From the NCBI RefSeq assembly GCF_963921235.1, contig NC_086097.1:88662001-88726000 (forward strand): a DNA stretch of 64,000 bases, in the 5' to 3' direction. Position numbers and translations under genes: made by a program. The notes beneath the pieces were generated by a model. The model was not told where the DNA came from. It saw only the letters and a list, made by a program, of their open reading frames with translations, and searched no databases. Positions 39,390-52,900 of the stretch are shown here, in pieces. The number at the start of each line of letters is the position of its first letter. Within the stretch, counting starts at the first letter, position 1. The DNA comes from Mobula hypostoma (Eukaryota).

Positions 39390-39715
39390 GGGGAAGCACG
39401 GTGGCATGGTTGACAGAGCTGTAACCTCACAGCACCAGAGCCTCCAGTGTCACTGTGATTAGCTTCCACATTCTCCCTGTGACTGTGTGGGCTACCTTTA
39501 AGTGTTCCCTGTTTCGTCCCATATCTGTAAAAATGCGGATTGGTAAACTGAATGAGCCACCATATAATCCCCCCTGATATGTAGATGAATGTTGGATTCT
39601 GGGGTGAGTTGATGGGAAAGTGGGGAGAATAAAATGCATTTAGTGTAAATAGCTGCCTTATGGTTGATATGGACTTGATGGACCGACAGCTTGCTTCCAT
39701 CTTGTATGACTGAAT
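39390..39715 (+). mobile_element. HE1/V-SINE-like SINE
   Basis: gcacggtggcatggtt...cctcacagcaccagag...ttctccctgtgactgtgtggg core. Confidence 0.65.
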
Positions 39716-41133
39716 AAGAAAGATTGTGAAAAGCTTAGATGGGATAAGTGGGAGAAAGCTCATTTTGGCCATAAACAACAGTTGTCCCAATGCCATAATT
39801 CTGTCCCTGATCATTCGTTCGTTATGTGCAGTATTGTATGATGTGGGCGACATGGTCTTTCCATGACCATCATTGTTCTTGGCAATTTTTTCTACCGAAA
39901 TAGTTTGCCTTTGCCTTCTTCTGGGCAGTGACTTTACAAGATGTGTGAATCCAGCCATTATCAATATTCTTCAGAGATTATCTGCCTGGTGTCAATGGTT
40001 TGTGATATGCACCAGCTGTTCGTATGACATTCCACCAGCTGCTCCCTTGGCATCAGGTGACCCTGATCCGGGTGCTAAGCAGGTGCTGTAAGGGTGACCT
40101 GCAGGCCAGCGGAGGAAAGGAACTCCTTACACCTCTTTCGATAGAGACGCATCTCGGCCCCACCACTCATCTCTCCCTTAACACTGTATAATTAACAACA
40201 AGCCTTCATTATTCTTTTTCAAACTTTATTTCCTTGCCAACAGTACATCAGCACAGCCTTTCCGGCTGCAGTCAGGCAATGGGGTTGGGATGAGCTCTGG
40301 ATGGGGCAGGGGGCAAGCCAAGTCATGGTTTGATCCCTGGATTGCGGTCTGATGATGGAGATTGTGATATATGGGGCCGGCATATTTCAGCCTAGGTCTC
40401 AGAGGAGTGATGTGTCGAGTGGCAATGATTCAGGTTGCCATTTGCAAAGGTACTGAATAAGATGATGATTAACAAAGGTTGCTGATGGTGTTGTTGCGGG
40501 CTGGCAGGCAGTGGGTTGCAGTAGGTGGAGGAGGAACTGATTTCCTATTCCTCCTGATTTATCATGCTCACCTTCCTGAGCTGAGAACTGTTGACTCCAT
40601 TTCACTACTATCAATAGCCAAATTAACACCAGCATCTATTGTGAGGCCTGATTTAAGTGCTAATGAAGTGTCCCAATTATTAAAGACACACTATCCATTC
40701 CAGTAAAAATGATAGACTCACTTACAATAGTGTCCATTTATATTTCCCACTTTGTGTAGTTTTTCATTGACTCTTTTGTATTTCTATGTTCCATGATGAA
40801 TGCCCACAAGAAAATGAATCTCATACACGTACTTTAATAATAAATCTATTTTGAACATTTTTTGAAATTTCAACTTTATAAAGCTGTTGATGATGCCGCC
40901 ATTCGTATTCAATAATGCGATTATGGTAAATGAAACAAAAGCCTGAGAGTGTTTGCCACCAGGCTGAAACTATTGCACTGCCCACTTTTCCAGTAAGATG
41001 GAATATCCATCTCACAATCCACCTCATTATTGTCTTGCACCTTACTGTCTCCCTGAACCACACTTCCTCTGTAACTGTATTCTGTTATTGCTTTCCCCTT
41101 GTACTACCTCAATGTACTGATATGATCAGATGA

Positions 41134-41355
41134 TTTATTTATGTATTTATTGAGATACAGCACGGAATAGGCCCTCCAGCTCATCAAGCCACGCCACCTA
41201 ACAATCCCCTGATTTAAACCTAGCCTAATCACGGGGCAATTTACAGTGACCAATTAACCTACCAACCAGTATGTCTTTGGACTATGGGAGGAAACCAGAG
41301 CACCCGGAGGAAACCCACATGGCAGGAATTGAACCTGGGTCACCTGGAGTGTAAT
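41134..41355 (-). mobile_element. HE1/V-SINE-like SINE fragment
   Basis: gggaggaaaccagagcacccggaggaaaccca core with (TTTA)n tail; same subfamily as 46981-47268. Confidence 0.7.
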
Positions 41356-42121
41356 GATCTGTATGGACATCATGCAAAACAATATTTTTCACTGTGACAA
41401 TAATAAACCAATTTCCCTATTTACTTGTTTATATTACAGAGCCCTTTGATAATTCCAGACTTTGGACATTCTTCAGATTTTTATTTTACTCCTATTAATA
41501 TTCAAACACATTTACTTGATGTATTTTTTTACAATCTACATTGTGTCATAATTTTTCCAGTGAAGGCAGTGAACTTAAAGGGAACAGGCATTCTGGGCAC
41601 CAGCTACAGCTCCATTCAATCTGCAGTCATGACTTTGAGTTTATTGGCCACTGTGGTTCCCCACCTACCCACTTTATTCTGTCTGCCTTAAACACGCTGC
41701 TAATGAGATCTGACAGAAGTGTCTGAAGCATTACCTCATTGTTCAGGTAGACAGCTTTAGATCACACCACTGCTGCTGTATTTGGTTCTGGTAACATTCT
41801 CTTCTTTCTATTCAAAGCTCCTCTGAAGAGATTTATTTTTGTTGGCAACTTACTTGTTCCATTCCAACCACTTAATAACTTGCACCGTCACTCCTTTGCG
41901 AATTCCCCCTCATCATTCCCCATTCCTTTCTCCAGTTTTTGCATAAAACATATTACATCTCTAACTTTTTCCAATTCCGTTGACTCAAAAAGCGTATCTC
42001 TGTTTCTCTCCAAAGATGCCGCCTGACCTGTTGAGTATTTCCAACTCTTCCTGTTCTGATTTCAGATTTCATCAGTAGTTCCTCCTTTTTACTAATGCTT
42101 TTCTGGTGTTTTGATTTTCAG

Positions 42122-42232
42122 TTTAGTCAGTTACACTGAGCAGTATTTCGAATATGATCCCCTCCTGACTCCACAAGATCCTCCAAATCCTTGGATCAGT
42201 GATGACAGCACATTCTGGGACATGGAAGCCAG
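42122..42232 (+). CDS. RGS6: RGS6 internal exon (GGL C-terminal part), 111 nt
   Basis: tttcag|T...GCCAG|gtaaaa; [36 protein letters not shown](S), with the G-gamma-like DPL and NPW motifs. Confidence 0.95.
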
Positions 42233-42782
42233 GTAAAAAAAAAAGGATTTGTTAATTGGAGGAGATAAGTCATGACATAAAAAGATAAACTAACTTTCAG
42301 CTCATCGTATCAATGCAAAGTGATTATTGCTGCTCCACCCCTGAGATCTGATGTGGGATCCATTCCAGGGATTATTGCAATCCTTTCAAAAGTGGGAAAG
42401 GTTAAAGATGCATACTTGTTAGAAACTCAAAATATAAAACCATGTCTGTATGCAATATTCAAATAAGTTCAAGATGAAGATTTATTAGAAGATTTAACAA
42501 GATCAAAATTTGTTTTTTTAAATTATATTTTCTCTCCGTACTCTTCTTTGCAAGGAGAACTACATTTATTCTGTAATATGGCAGCCTATTTCACCAGCCC
42601 ATTGAAAAGAAGTTGCAGTTTACCTGCTTTGGGTGTGCTTGTTGGATGCCCAGTTTGCTGCGATCAGAAGATATAGGAAAAGAATTAAGCCATCTGGCCT
42701 GTTCAATCCTGGCTGACTTTTTTCAACCCAATTCTCCTGTCTTCTCCCTGTAGCAGATTGCAGTTTGAATGTTAGCAATATA

Positions 42783-45700
42783 CATTCAATGGCCACTTTA
42801 TTGGATACCTCCTGTACCAAATAAAGTGACCACTGAGTGTATGTCTGTGGTCTTCTGTTGCTGTAGCCCATTTACTTCAAAGTTCAATGTGTTGTGCATT
42901 CAAAGATAAGGGGGTCAGATAGGCGATTCTGTGGACACAGTCCGGAGATCTGGATGGTAGTTTGCCTCCCTGGTGCCAGGGTCCGGTATATTTCTGATCG
43001 CGTCCAAGATATCCTGAAGTGGGAGGGAGAGGAGCCAGAGGTCGTGGTACATATAGGTACCAATGACATAGGTAGGAAAAGGGAAGAGGTCCTGAAAGGA
43101 GAATATAGGGAGTTAGGAAGGGAGTTGAGAAAAAGGACCGCAAATGTAGTAATCTTGGGATTACTGCCTGTGCTACGTGACAGTGAGAGTAGGAATGCAA
43201 TGAGTTGGAGGATAAGTGCGTGGCTGAGGGATTGGAGCAGGGGGCAGGGATTCAAGTTTTTGGATCATTGGGAGCTCTTTTGGTGCTGGTGTGACCTATA
43301 CAAAAAGGACGGGTTACACTTGAATCCTAGGAGGACCAATATCCTGGCGGGGAGATTAGCGAAGGCTACTGAGGTGACTTTAAACTAGAATGGTTGGGGG
43401 GTGGGAATCAAATTAAAGAGACTAGGAGAGAGGAGGTTAGTTCACAAATAGAGAAAGCTAGTAGACAATGTGTGAGGGAGGATAGGCAGGGGACAGAGAT
43501 CAGGAGCACTCAGACCAAAGATGTAGGGGAGAAGGAAGAAAAAGATAACAAAGTTGTTTGCTCCATTAAGGACAAAAAGAGAGTAAAAGGTGGAGAGTTT
43601 CTTAAATGCATCTATTTTAATGCTAGGAGCATTGTAAGAAAGGTGGATGAGCTTAGATTGATACCTGGAAATATGATGTTGTAGCTATTAGTGAAACGTG
43701 GTTGCAGGAGGGGTGTGTTTGGCAACTAAATATTACAGGATTTCGTTGCTTCAGGTGTGATAGAATAGGAGGGGCAAGAGGTGTTACATTGCTTGTCAGA
43801 TAAAATATAACAGCTGTCCTCTGGCAGGATAGATTAGTGGACTCATCGAGGGAGGCTATTTGGGTGGAATTGAGGAATGGGAAAGGTGTAGTGACACTTA
43901 TAGGGGTGTGTTATAGACCACCTAATGGGGAGCGAGAATTGGAGGAACAAATTTGTAAGGAGATAGCAGATATTTGTAGTAAGCACAAGGTTGTAATTGT
44001 GGGAGATTTTAATTTTCCACACATAGACTGGGAAGCCCATTCTGTAAAAGGGCTGGATGGTTTGAAGTTTGTCAAATGTGTGCAAGATAGGTTTTTGGAG
44101 CAATACATAGAGGTACCAACTAGAGAAGGGGCAGTGTTGGATCTCCTGTTAGGAAATGAGATAGAGCAGGTGACGAGGTTTGTGTTGGGGAGCACTTCGG
44201 GTCCAGTGATCACAATACCATTAGTTTCAATATAATTATGGAGAAGGATAGGACTCGACCCAGGGTTGAGATTTTTGATGAGGAAAGGCTAACTTTGAGG
44301 AGATGCAAAAGGATTTAGAAGGAGTGGATTGGGACAATTTGTTTCATGGGAAGGATGTAATAGAGAAATGGAGGTCATTTAAAGGTGAAATTTTGAGGGT
44401 ACAGGATCTTTATGTTCCTGTTAGGTTGAAAGGAAAGGTTAAAAGTTTGAGAGAGCCATGGTTTTCAAGGGATATATGAAACTTGGTTCTGAAAAAGAGA
44501 GGGATTTACAATAAATATAGGCAGCTTGGAGTTAATGAGGTGCTCGAGGAATATAAAGAATGTAAAAAGAATCTTAAGAAAGAAATTAGAAAAGCTAAAA
44601 GAAGATATGAGGCAGCTTTAGCAAGTAAGGTGAAAATAAATCCAAAGGGTTTCTACAGTTATATAAATAGCAAAAGGACAGTGGGGGATAGGATTGGTCC
44701 CTTGGAGAATCAGAGTGGATCTTCGGTATTCACTAAGGAGAAGGATATTGAATTGTGTAAGGTAAAGGTAACAAGAAGGGTAGTTATGGAAAGTATGGCG
44801 ATTAAAGAAGAGGAAGTACTAGCGCTTTTAAGGAACATAAAAGTGGGTAAGTCTCCGGGTCCAGACAAGATATTCCCTAGGATCTTGAGGGAAGTTAGTG
44901 TGGAAATAGAAGGGGCTCTGACAGAAATATTTCAAATGTCGTTAGAAACGGGGATGGTGCCGGAAGATTGGTGTATTGCTCATGTGGTTCCATTGTTTAA
45001 AAGGGGTTCTAAGAGTAAACCTAGCAATTATCGGCCTGTGAGTTTGACGTCAGTGGTGGGTAAATTGATGGAAAGTATTCTTAGAGATGGTATATATAAT
45101 TACCTGGATAGATAGGGTCTGATTAGGAACAGTCAACATGGATTTGTGCGTGGAAGGTCATGTTTGATAAATCTTATTGAATGTTTTGATGAGGTTACCA
45201 GGAAAGTTGACGAGGGTAAAGCGGTGGATGTTGTCTATATGGACTTCAGTAAGGCCTTTGACAAGGTTCCACGCGGAAGGTTAGTTAGGAAGGTTCAATC
45301 GTTAGGCATTAATATCGAAGTAGTAAAATGGATTCAGCAGTGGCTGGATGGGAGACGCCAGAGAGTAGTGGTGGTTAACAGTGTGTCAGATTAGAGGACG
45401 GTGTGTAGCGGTGTGCCTCAGGGATCTGTACTGGGTCCAATGTTGTTTGTCATATATATTAATGATCTGGAGGATGGAATGGTAAATTGGATTAGTAAGT
45501 ATGCAGATGATACTAAGATAGGTGGCGTTGTGGATAATGAAGTAGGTTTTCAAAGCTTGCAGAGAGATTTAGGCCAGTTAGAAGAGTGGGCTGAAAGATG
45601 GCAGATGGAGTTTAATGCTGAAAGATGTGAGGTGCTATATTTTGGTATGACTAATCAAAATAGGACATACATGGTAAATGGTAGGACATTGAAGAATGCT

Positions 45701-46856
45701 GTAGAACAGAGGGATGTAGGAATAATGGTGCATAGTTCCCTGAAGGTGGAATCTCATGTGGATAGGGTGGTGAAAAAAGCTTTTGGTATGCTGGCCTTTA
45801 TAGATCAGAGCATTGAGTATAGGAGTTGGGATGTAATGTTGAAATTGTATAAGGCATTGGTAAGGCCAAATTTGGAGTATTGTGTACAGTTCTGGTCACT
45901 GAATTATAGGAAAGATGTCAATAAAATTGAGAGAGTACAGAGGAGGTTCACTAAAATGTTGCCTGGGTTTCATCTCCTAAGTTACAGAGAAAGGTTGAAC
46001 AAGTTAGGTCTTTATTCTTTGGAGTGTAGAAGGTTGAGAGGGGACTTGATAGAGGTGTTTAAAATTATGAGGGGGATTGATAGAGTTGATGTGGATAGGC
46101 TTTTTCCATTGAGAGTGGGGGAGATTCAAACAAGAGGACATGAGTTGAGGGTTAAAGGACAAAAGTTTAGGGGTAACATGAGGGGGAACTTCTTTACTCA
46201 GAGAGTGGTAGCTGTGTGGAACGAGCTTCCAGCAGAAGTGGTTGAGGCAGGTTTGATGTTGTCATTTAAAGTTAAATTGTATAGATATATGGACAGGAAG
46301 GGAATGGAGGGTTATGGACCAAGTGCAGGTCGGTGGGACTAGGTGAGAGTAGGAGTTCAGCACGGACTAGAAGGGCCGAGATGTTCTGTTTCTGTGCTGT
46401 AATTGTTATATGGTTATAAGATGCTCTTCTGCACACCGCTGTTGTACCGCATAGTTATTTGAGTTATTATCAGCTTGAACGAATCTGGCCATTCTCCTCT
46501 GACCTCTCTCATTAACAATGTGTTTTCACCCACCAACCTGATGCTCACTGGATGTTTTCTTTTGCCTTTTGCTCCACTCCCTGTAAGCTCTAGGGACTAT
46601 TGTGCATGAAAATCCCAGGAAATCAGCAGTTTCTGAGATACTCAAATCACCCTGTCTGGCACCAATGATCATTCCATGATCAAGGTCACTTAGGTCACAT
46701 TTCTTCCCCATTCTGATGTTTGTATTGAACAACAATTGAACCTCTTGATCATGTCTGCCTGCTTTTATGCATTGGGTTGCTGTCACATGATTGGCTCCTT
46801 AGAAATTTGCATTAACAAACAGATGTATAAGTGTACCTAATAAAGTGCACCGAGTG
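42783..46856 (-). mobile_element. Non-autonomous Tc1-like element (outer parts 42783-42907 and 46418-46856), split by a CR1
   Basis: TIR of CACTCAGTGGCCACTTTATTAGGTAC type at both ends with TA flanks; N-terminal transposase HTH MGKKCDLSDLDHGMIIGARQGDLSISETA. Confidence 0.82.
42908..46417 (+). mobile_element. Near full-length CR1 LINE (3.5 kb): SGNH-esterase ORF1 plus disrupted APE-RT ORF2
   Basis: ORF1 HIGTND and DGLHLN; ORF2 [39 protein letters not shown]; 5-bp TSD AAGAT. Confidence 0.95.
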
Positions 46857-46980
46857 TAAATAAGGGAAGAGGTTCAGTAAAATTCAGTTGCTTAGAGCAA
46901 TTTTTCAGACCAAAGGTGTTGAAGATCATTTTAGAGATGAACTTTGAGTGCTTCATTTTTGTTGACATAATTTGGGAAAG

Positions 46981-47268
46981 TTTATTTATTTATTTATGTA
47001 TTGAGATACAGTGTGGAATAGGTCCTTCTAGCCCTTCGAGCCACACCGCCCAGCGATCCCCTGATTTAACCCCAGCCTAATCACAGGACAATGTACAATA
47101 ACCAATTACCCTACCAACCAGCAGGCCTTTGGACTGTGGGAGGAAACCAGAGCACCCGGAGGAAACCCATGCAGTCACAGGAAGAATGTACAAACTCCTG
47201 CAGGAACTGAACCCTGGGTCACCTGTTCTGTAAAGCATTGTTCAAGCCACTACGCCACCGTGCCACCC
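46981..47268 (-). mobile_element. HE1/V-SINE-like SINE
   Basis: (TTTA)n tail, V-SINE core and tRNA-like head ending cactacgccaccgtgcc on the + strand. Confidence 0.75.
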
Positions 47269-47737
47269 TGAGTTGTAAGAAAGAGTGCTGCAATGAGTGA
47301 GAACCTGGAGCTGGGTGCTACACTCCTTCACACCCAGTTGTGCAAATTTTCATCTGAACAGCCCTCTTATGTAAATGAATTTCAAGTCCAATCTTTCAAT
47401 GGTCCCCTAATCCCCAACCCACGAAACCCATCCGTTGATGATGCCTGATTGATCTGAAACTGGCCTGGTTTATTTGTCACCCCGTTTGATTGCAATTAAA
47501 ATCTTAATTCCTTTCCCTTCGCATGAATGTGTTGAATCTACTGTATACTCAATCTCCCTCCTCCTCCTCATTTATTGTAGTTTTTAGTTATGTTCCCTGC
47601 ATCAGATCATATTTCAATTGAATGAAATTAGTTCTCTTCCATTTGCTACCTTGACCACTGGTTGACCCTTGTCCCCTTTCATTGCTATTCGACCTACCAC
47701 CCTCTGTGATGCAGTCATCACCTTGATGTTATCCTGA

Positions 47738-48479
47738 AGGCTGATTTATACTTGTGCATCAAATGTACGGTGTAGCAGCGTACCCTACGCTGTACTCTAC
47801 ACCAACCCTACGCTGTAGCCTAACGCACACCTCTCCCAAAATGTAACTACACGTCACGGCAACACAGACCGCAACAACTGTGATTGGTCCACTTGGTAGA
47901 ATTGCATTTCCTCCTACGCTACAACAGCTTCCCATTGGGTGACTGAAGGGCAGGGAAGGAACTCTGGCTGCAATGCTTTCCATAAAGCTTTACAGACCTC
48001 TGAAATTATGGAGGACCCTGTGCTTGACGCCAGTTTGTAGCTAGCTGCTACAGCCTGTTGACTTCCACCTGAAGCTAAAACTCGAATGGTGATTGCCAGT
48101 CTCTGAGTATACTGTGCGTACACCGATGCGAAATAAATGGTTGGAGATGATGAACCAAATCATCAAATCTACCTGCCGACATCCAAAAATATTTGAAATG
48201 CATTTCCTCGTCCATGTCTCTCAGTGGCCGGACAAGCACAGAAAATTCACCCTCCTTCAGTTTCAGTCACCTTGTTTGAAGTTTGAGTTTCTTCGTGTTG
48301 AGTTTCAACACGAAGAAACTCAACACAGTGGCATAGAAACCCCACCACCAGCTAGCGTTTTGCCGGTGAATTGCAGAGCGACGCAGACACACCAACGCAC
48401 AAGTATAAATGTTCACAACGGCGTAGCCCACTTGCATAGGCTACAGCGTAAGCTAGTACACACAAGTATAAATCAGCCT
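47738..48479 (-). mobile_element. Internally deleted PIF/Harbinger transposon
   Basis: Perfect 19-bp TIR AGGCTGATTTATACTTGTG; 3-bp flanks TGA/TTA; transposase fragment [13 protein letters not shown]...[10 protein letters not shown]. Confidence 0.88.
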
Positions 48480-49517
48480 TTAAACTTACCCCAGTGTCCA
48501 CTGGGTTTCTCATAGCTTGCTGATCAAAGAGTTTCAGGGATACTTTCATTTCCGTACTCCCGGCATTGTTTTTTTTTCTCAATTTACATTACAATAACAG
48601 AAATTTTCAGTTTATCACTGTTTCTTGTATGCTTATCTTGAAATTAGTCTGAGATTTGCTCCTCCGTTTAGAGCTCACATTGGCATTGGGGGAATGATTG
48701 AGTTGTGGTGGAAGGAAGCAAGGGACTGAACAGATGGCGCTTGGGGAGCGGTAACTGAGAGCTTGGAGTTCAAGGTAGTCAGTGGTCCTAATCCAGGCAG
48801 TCGAGAGTGAGTGTTGGGGTGAAGGATTAGTGGAGAGATGGTTTAGAGGTAAGCAGTCAAGGTAATCAGAACAGTACTTTATTGAGGGTAGTAGGGTAAG
48901 GGGTGCTGAGATAGTCGCAGAGGTAGTTACAAGAGCCGGCATTCAAAGAGGTCAGTAATGGCATCACTGAGGATGGGTGAAAAAGGTCAGCAAACAAAGA
49001 GGATTCATGAACATTTACTGAGAAAATTGAAGGGAACAGGAGCTGTCACGGAGTGCCAATCAGATATGTGGTTGGAGGACTGCGAGTGGCGGTAGCTTGC
49101 TTGCAGCAGTCACTGAGAGTATTGAAGGAGGTCTTGTGACAGTGATAGGGGTGGTTAGGAGTCACAGTCATCAGGGAGGTTTTGGAAGGGATGTTCAGAG
49201 TGGTTTGTGAAGGAGCTGATGCAGTCACGTGGCAACCAGTCTTGAAAGTGGACATCTTTTACCTCCTTCGCCAAAATGATAGAAAATGTACTTCAGATGA
49301 AATTTGCTTCTATCTATCTTAGATTTAGAGATCCTCTGTTTGATTAAATTTGTACTCTTGATTTTATGGATAATAAGTCCTATGCTCAGAATTTCTTTAT
49401 TGAGACAGGCGCTAGATTACTTTAGGATTCAAAAGGCTGAGAGAAAGCAACATTATCTCTGTTCAACATTTGCTCTTCATGAGTTGTGCAGTTGGACAGA
49501 AGAAACTATGTCTATAG

Positions 49518-49588
49518 TAGGGGTTCCCATCCGGGGTCCACGGACCCCTTGATTAATGGTAGGGTATAAAGAAGGTAAAGAACCCCTG
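49518..49588. mobile_element. 71-bp hAT mini-MITE
   Basis: TAGGGGTTC...GAACCCCTG ends; 8-bp flanks GTCTATAG/ATCTAAAG (6/8 identical, Charlie-like target). Confidence 0.7.
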
Positions 49589-49997
49589 ATCTAAAGGGAA
49601 GGCAAGCAATGTCATGTTGTCTGGCCCACTTTACCCCCTCAGCTAGAATAACAAAATTTGCTATATGTGTGGAACAGGGCATTGGGCAATTCCAGAGAAG
49701 AAAGATGCCTTCTATTTGATATTTGCCCACAGGACACACAACAAAACCTGGAATTCAACAGAGCGAAGTCTAATCTATCATATTTTGTTTCTGTCTTCTT
49801 GAATTGCAAAGACGGTAACCACTTTTTATGTTCACAATAATATCACTATTGAACATATTTATATGCTTCATTAAACCATATGAAATAATTTGTTTATACC
49901 AGGCAGTATTGGTGTCGAATGCTAATGGACAAGCTAATTATCAGGACATAGGGATTGTACAACTGGTGTAATTTTGTTATGATAAAAGAGCAATGAC

Positions 49998-52900
49998 AAG
50001 ATGGCGCCACGTATAGTGGCCATGTTGCGAGCTCCATTCCAAACAGTATACTTTTGATTTCTGCGATTTCCTTCGCATTTCTTGTTCAAGTGGCTGATAG
50101 TTGCATCAGATTGAATAGACTGACTCTCCTGAACATCAAGAGGATGGCATTTACCCACTAGGTGCCGCCTTTTCTACACTGGGATACCCTGCTTGCGCTA
50201 TCAATGGAAACTCGCCTACTACACTGCTGCTACCTCGGAAGCGGCGTCGGAGATGGGGGAGAAGGGATGGCATTCTGGTGAGGTTGAGACGGCGTGCTAA
50301 TCGGCCACTGCTCCCTAGCATACTCCTGGCTAACGTTCAGCCCCTGGACAATAAGCTGTGTCAACTGAGAGCCAGAATCTCCTACTAGCAGGAAACAAAG
50401 GAATACAACGTTTTGTGCTTCGTGGATACCTGGCTGATGGAGGAGATATCGGATCATGCCATCAAGCTTTACGGGTTCTCCCTGTTCCGGGTGGACAGGT
50501 CAAAAAACCTCACTTGGAAGAGTAAGAGAGGTGGGGTATGCTTCATGGTCAATGCATGCTGCGACCCCCGGAACTTGCATGCCCTCAACTAATTTTGTTC
50601 CCCAGATCTGGAGTACCTGGTGCTGCTGTATAGACCTTACTGGCTGCCTAGGGAGTTCACGGCTGTTGTTATCACAGCTGTGTATATTCTGCCGCAGGCT
50701 GATACTGACCTGGCTCTCAAGGAACTGTACGAGACCATAGCACCCTGGAGACTGCACACCCAGAGGCTGCCTTCATCGTCGCTGGTGACTTTAAAAGAGC
50801 GTCACTGACTAAAGTCTCTCCAACGATTTGCCAACACATCCAGCTGAGCACACGGGGAGATAGCATACTCAATCACTGCTACTCTCACTTCCGCAACGCT
50901 TACAAAGCACTCCTTCACCATCCATGTGGAAAATCAGATCACTCCTCCATCTTGTTGCTGCCAAAGTACAGGCAGCAGTTGGAACAAGAGACGGCCATAG
51001 TTAAAACCATCCACTGTTGGTCCAATCATTCGGCCTCCATGCTGCAGGACTGCTTTGATGACACTGACTGGAAAGTCTTCCTTGATGAGGATGTCTTCGA
51101 GTTCACGGATGGGGTTATCCTAAAGTGTATCGAGGATGTTGTCCTCCCAAAATCGGTCAGGGTCTTCCCGAATCAGAAACCCTGGATCAACAGTTCCGTG
51201 CGAGCAGCACTTACCGCGCGACACAGAGCTTACATTGCTGGTAACCAACATGAACTCAAGAAATGTAGCTACAATCTGCGCAAAGTCATCAAAGCAGCAA
51301 AACAACAATACAGAGACAAGATTCAGACTTAATGTTCCACCAACAACACACGCAGCTTATGGCAAGATCTGCACACCATCACAAACTTCAAAGCTAAACA
51401 TAATGGAGTTTCCAACATTGATGCCTGTCTCCCAGACGAGCTAAATCTTTTTAATGCTCAATTCGATGTCGCCAATACTGAGCCCCTGAGGAGACCTGCT
51501 GATGATGCAACCAGCAGCTTGGTCATCTCTGAGGCTGAAGTACTCAGGTGTTTCCAACGAGTGGACAGTCCCAAGGCTGTGGGACCGGACGGTATCTCAG
51601 GACGGGTACTTAGGATGTGCATTGCACAACTGGCAGGTGTGTTTACAGACATTTTTAATCTCTCCCTTTCCCAGTGTAGAGTGACCTCCTACTTCAGATC
51701 ATCCACCATTGTCCCTGTACCTAAAAAGACCAAGGTAACATGTCTGAACAACTGGCGTCCTGTCTCACTCACCTCAATAATAAGCAAATGCTTTGAGAGA
51801 CTGGTCAAGGACTACATCTGCAGCTTACCATGCTGCCACCCACACTGAACCCCCTACAATTCACCTACTGACACAACCGATCGACAGATAACCACAGCTC
51901 TACACACTGTCCTTACACATCTAGAGAAGAGGAAGGCTTTTGTGAGAATGCTGTTCTTGGACTACAGTTCAGCATTCAACAGCATAATTCCCTCCAGGCT
52001 CAACAAGAAGCACAGAGACCTCGGCCTTCACCCTGCCTTGTGCATCTGGATCCTGGACTTGCTGTCGGATTGTTGGCCGGTGATATGATTGGGCTCCCTC
52101 ACCTCTGCCCCTCTGACGCTCAACACAGGTGTCCCTCAGGACTGTGTACTAAGCCCCCTCCTTTACTCTCTGTATACCCATGACAGTCACCACCCACAGC
52201 TCCAATCGGCTAATTAAATTTGCTGACAATACTACATTGATTGGCCTAATGTCAAATAATAACAAGGCAGCCTACAGAGAAGAAGTCATCACCCTAAAAC
52301 AGTGGTATCAAGAAAACAACCTCTCCTTCAACGTTGCAAAAACAAAGGAGCTAGTTGTGGACTACAGGAGGAATGGAGACAAACTAACCCCTATAGACAT
52401 AAATAGATCTGGGGTTGAGAGGGTGAACAGCTTCAAGTTCCTCAGCATAACCATCACCGAGGATCTCACATAGTCTGTATGTACCAGCTGTGTGGTGAAA
52501 AAGGCACAACAGCACATGTTTCACCTCAGATGGTTGAAGAAGTTTGGTATGGGCCCCCAAATTCTAAGAACTTTCTATAGGGGCACGATTGAGAGCATCC
52601 TGTCTGGCTGCATCAATGTCTGGTATGGGAATTGTACTTCCCTCAATCGCAGGACTCTGCAGAGGGTGGTGCGGACAGCCCAGCTCATATGTAGATGTGA
52701 ACTTCCCACTATTCAAGGCATTTACAGTGACAGGTGCGTAAAAAGGGCCCGAAAGATCATTGGAGACCCAAGTCACCCCAACCACAACTGTTCCAGCTGC
52801 TACCATCCAGGAAACTGTACTGCAGCATAAAAGCCAGGAACAACAGGCTCCAGGACAGCTTCTTCCACCAGGCCATCAGACTGCTTAATTCATGCTGAAG

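Noticed and set aside
39326..39964. 212-aa minus-strand ORF
   Set aside because: Runs antisense through a SINE and other repeat fragments; no recognisable domain
45401..46342. Functional or domesticated reverse transcriptase gene
   Set aside because: Only the C-terminal part of a CR1 ORF2 whose upstream part has stops and frameshifts
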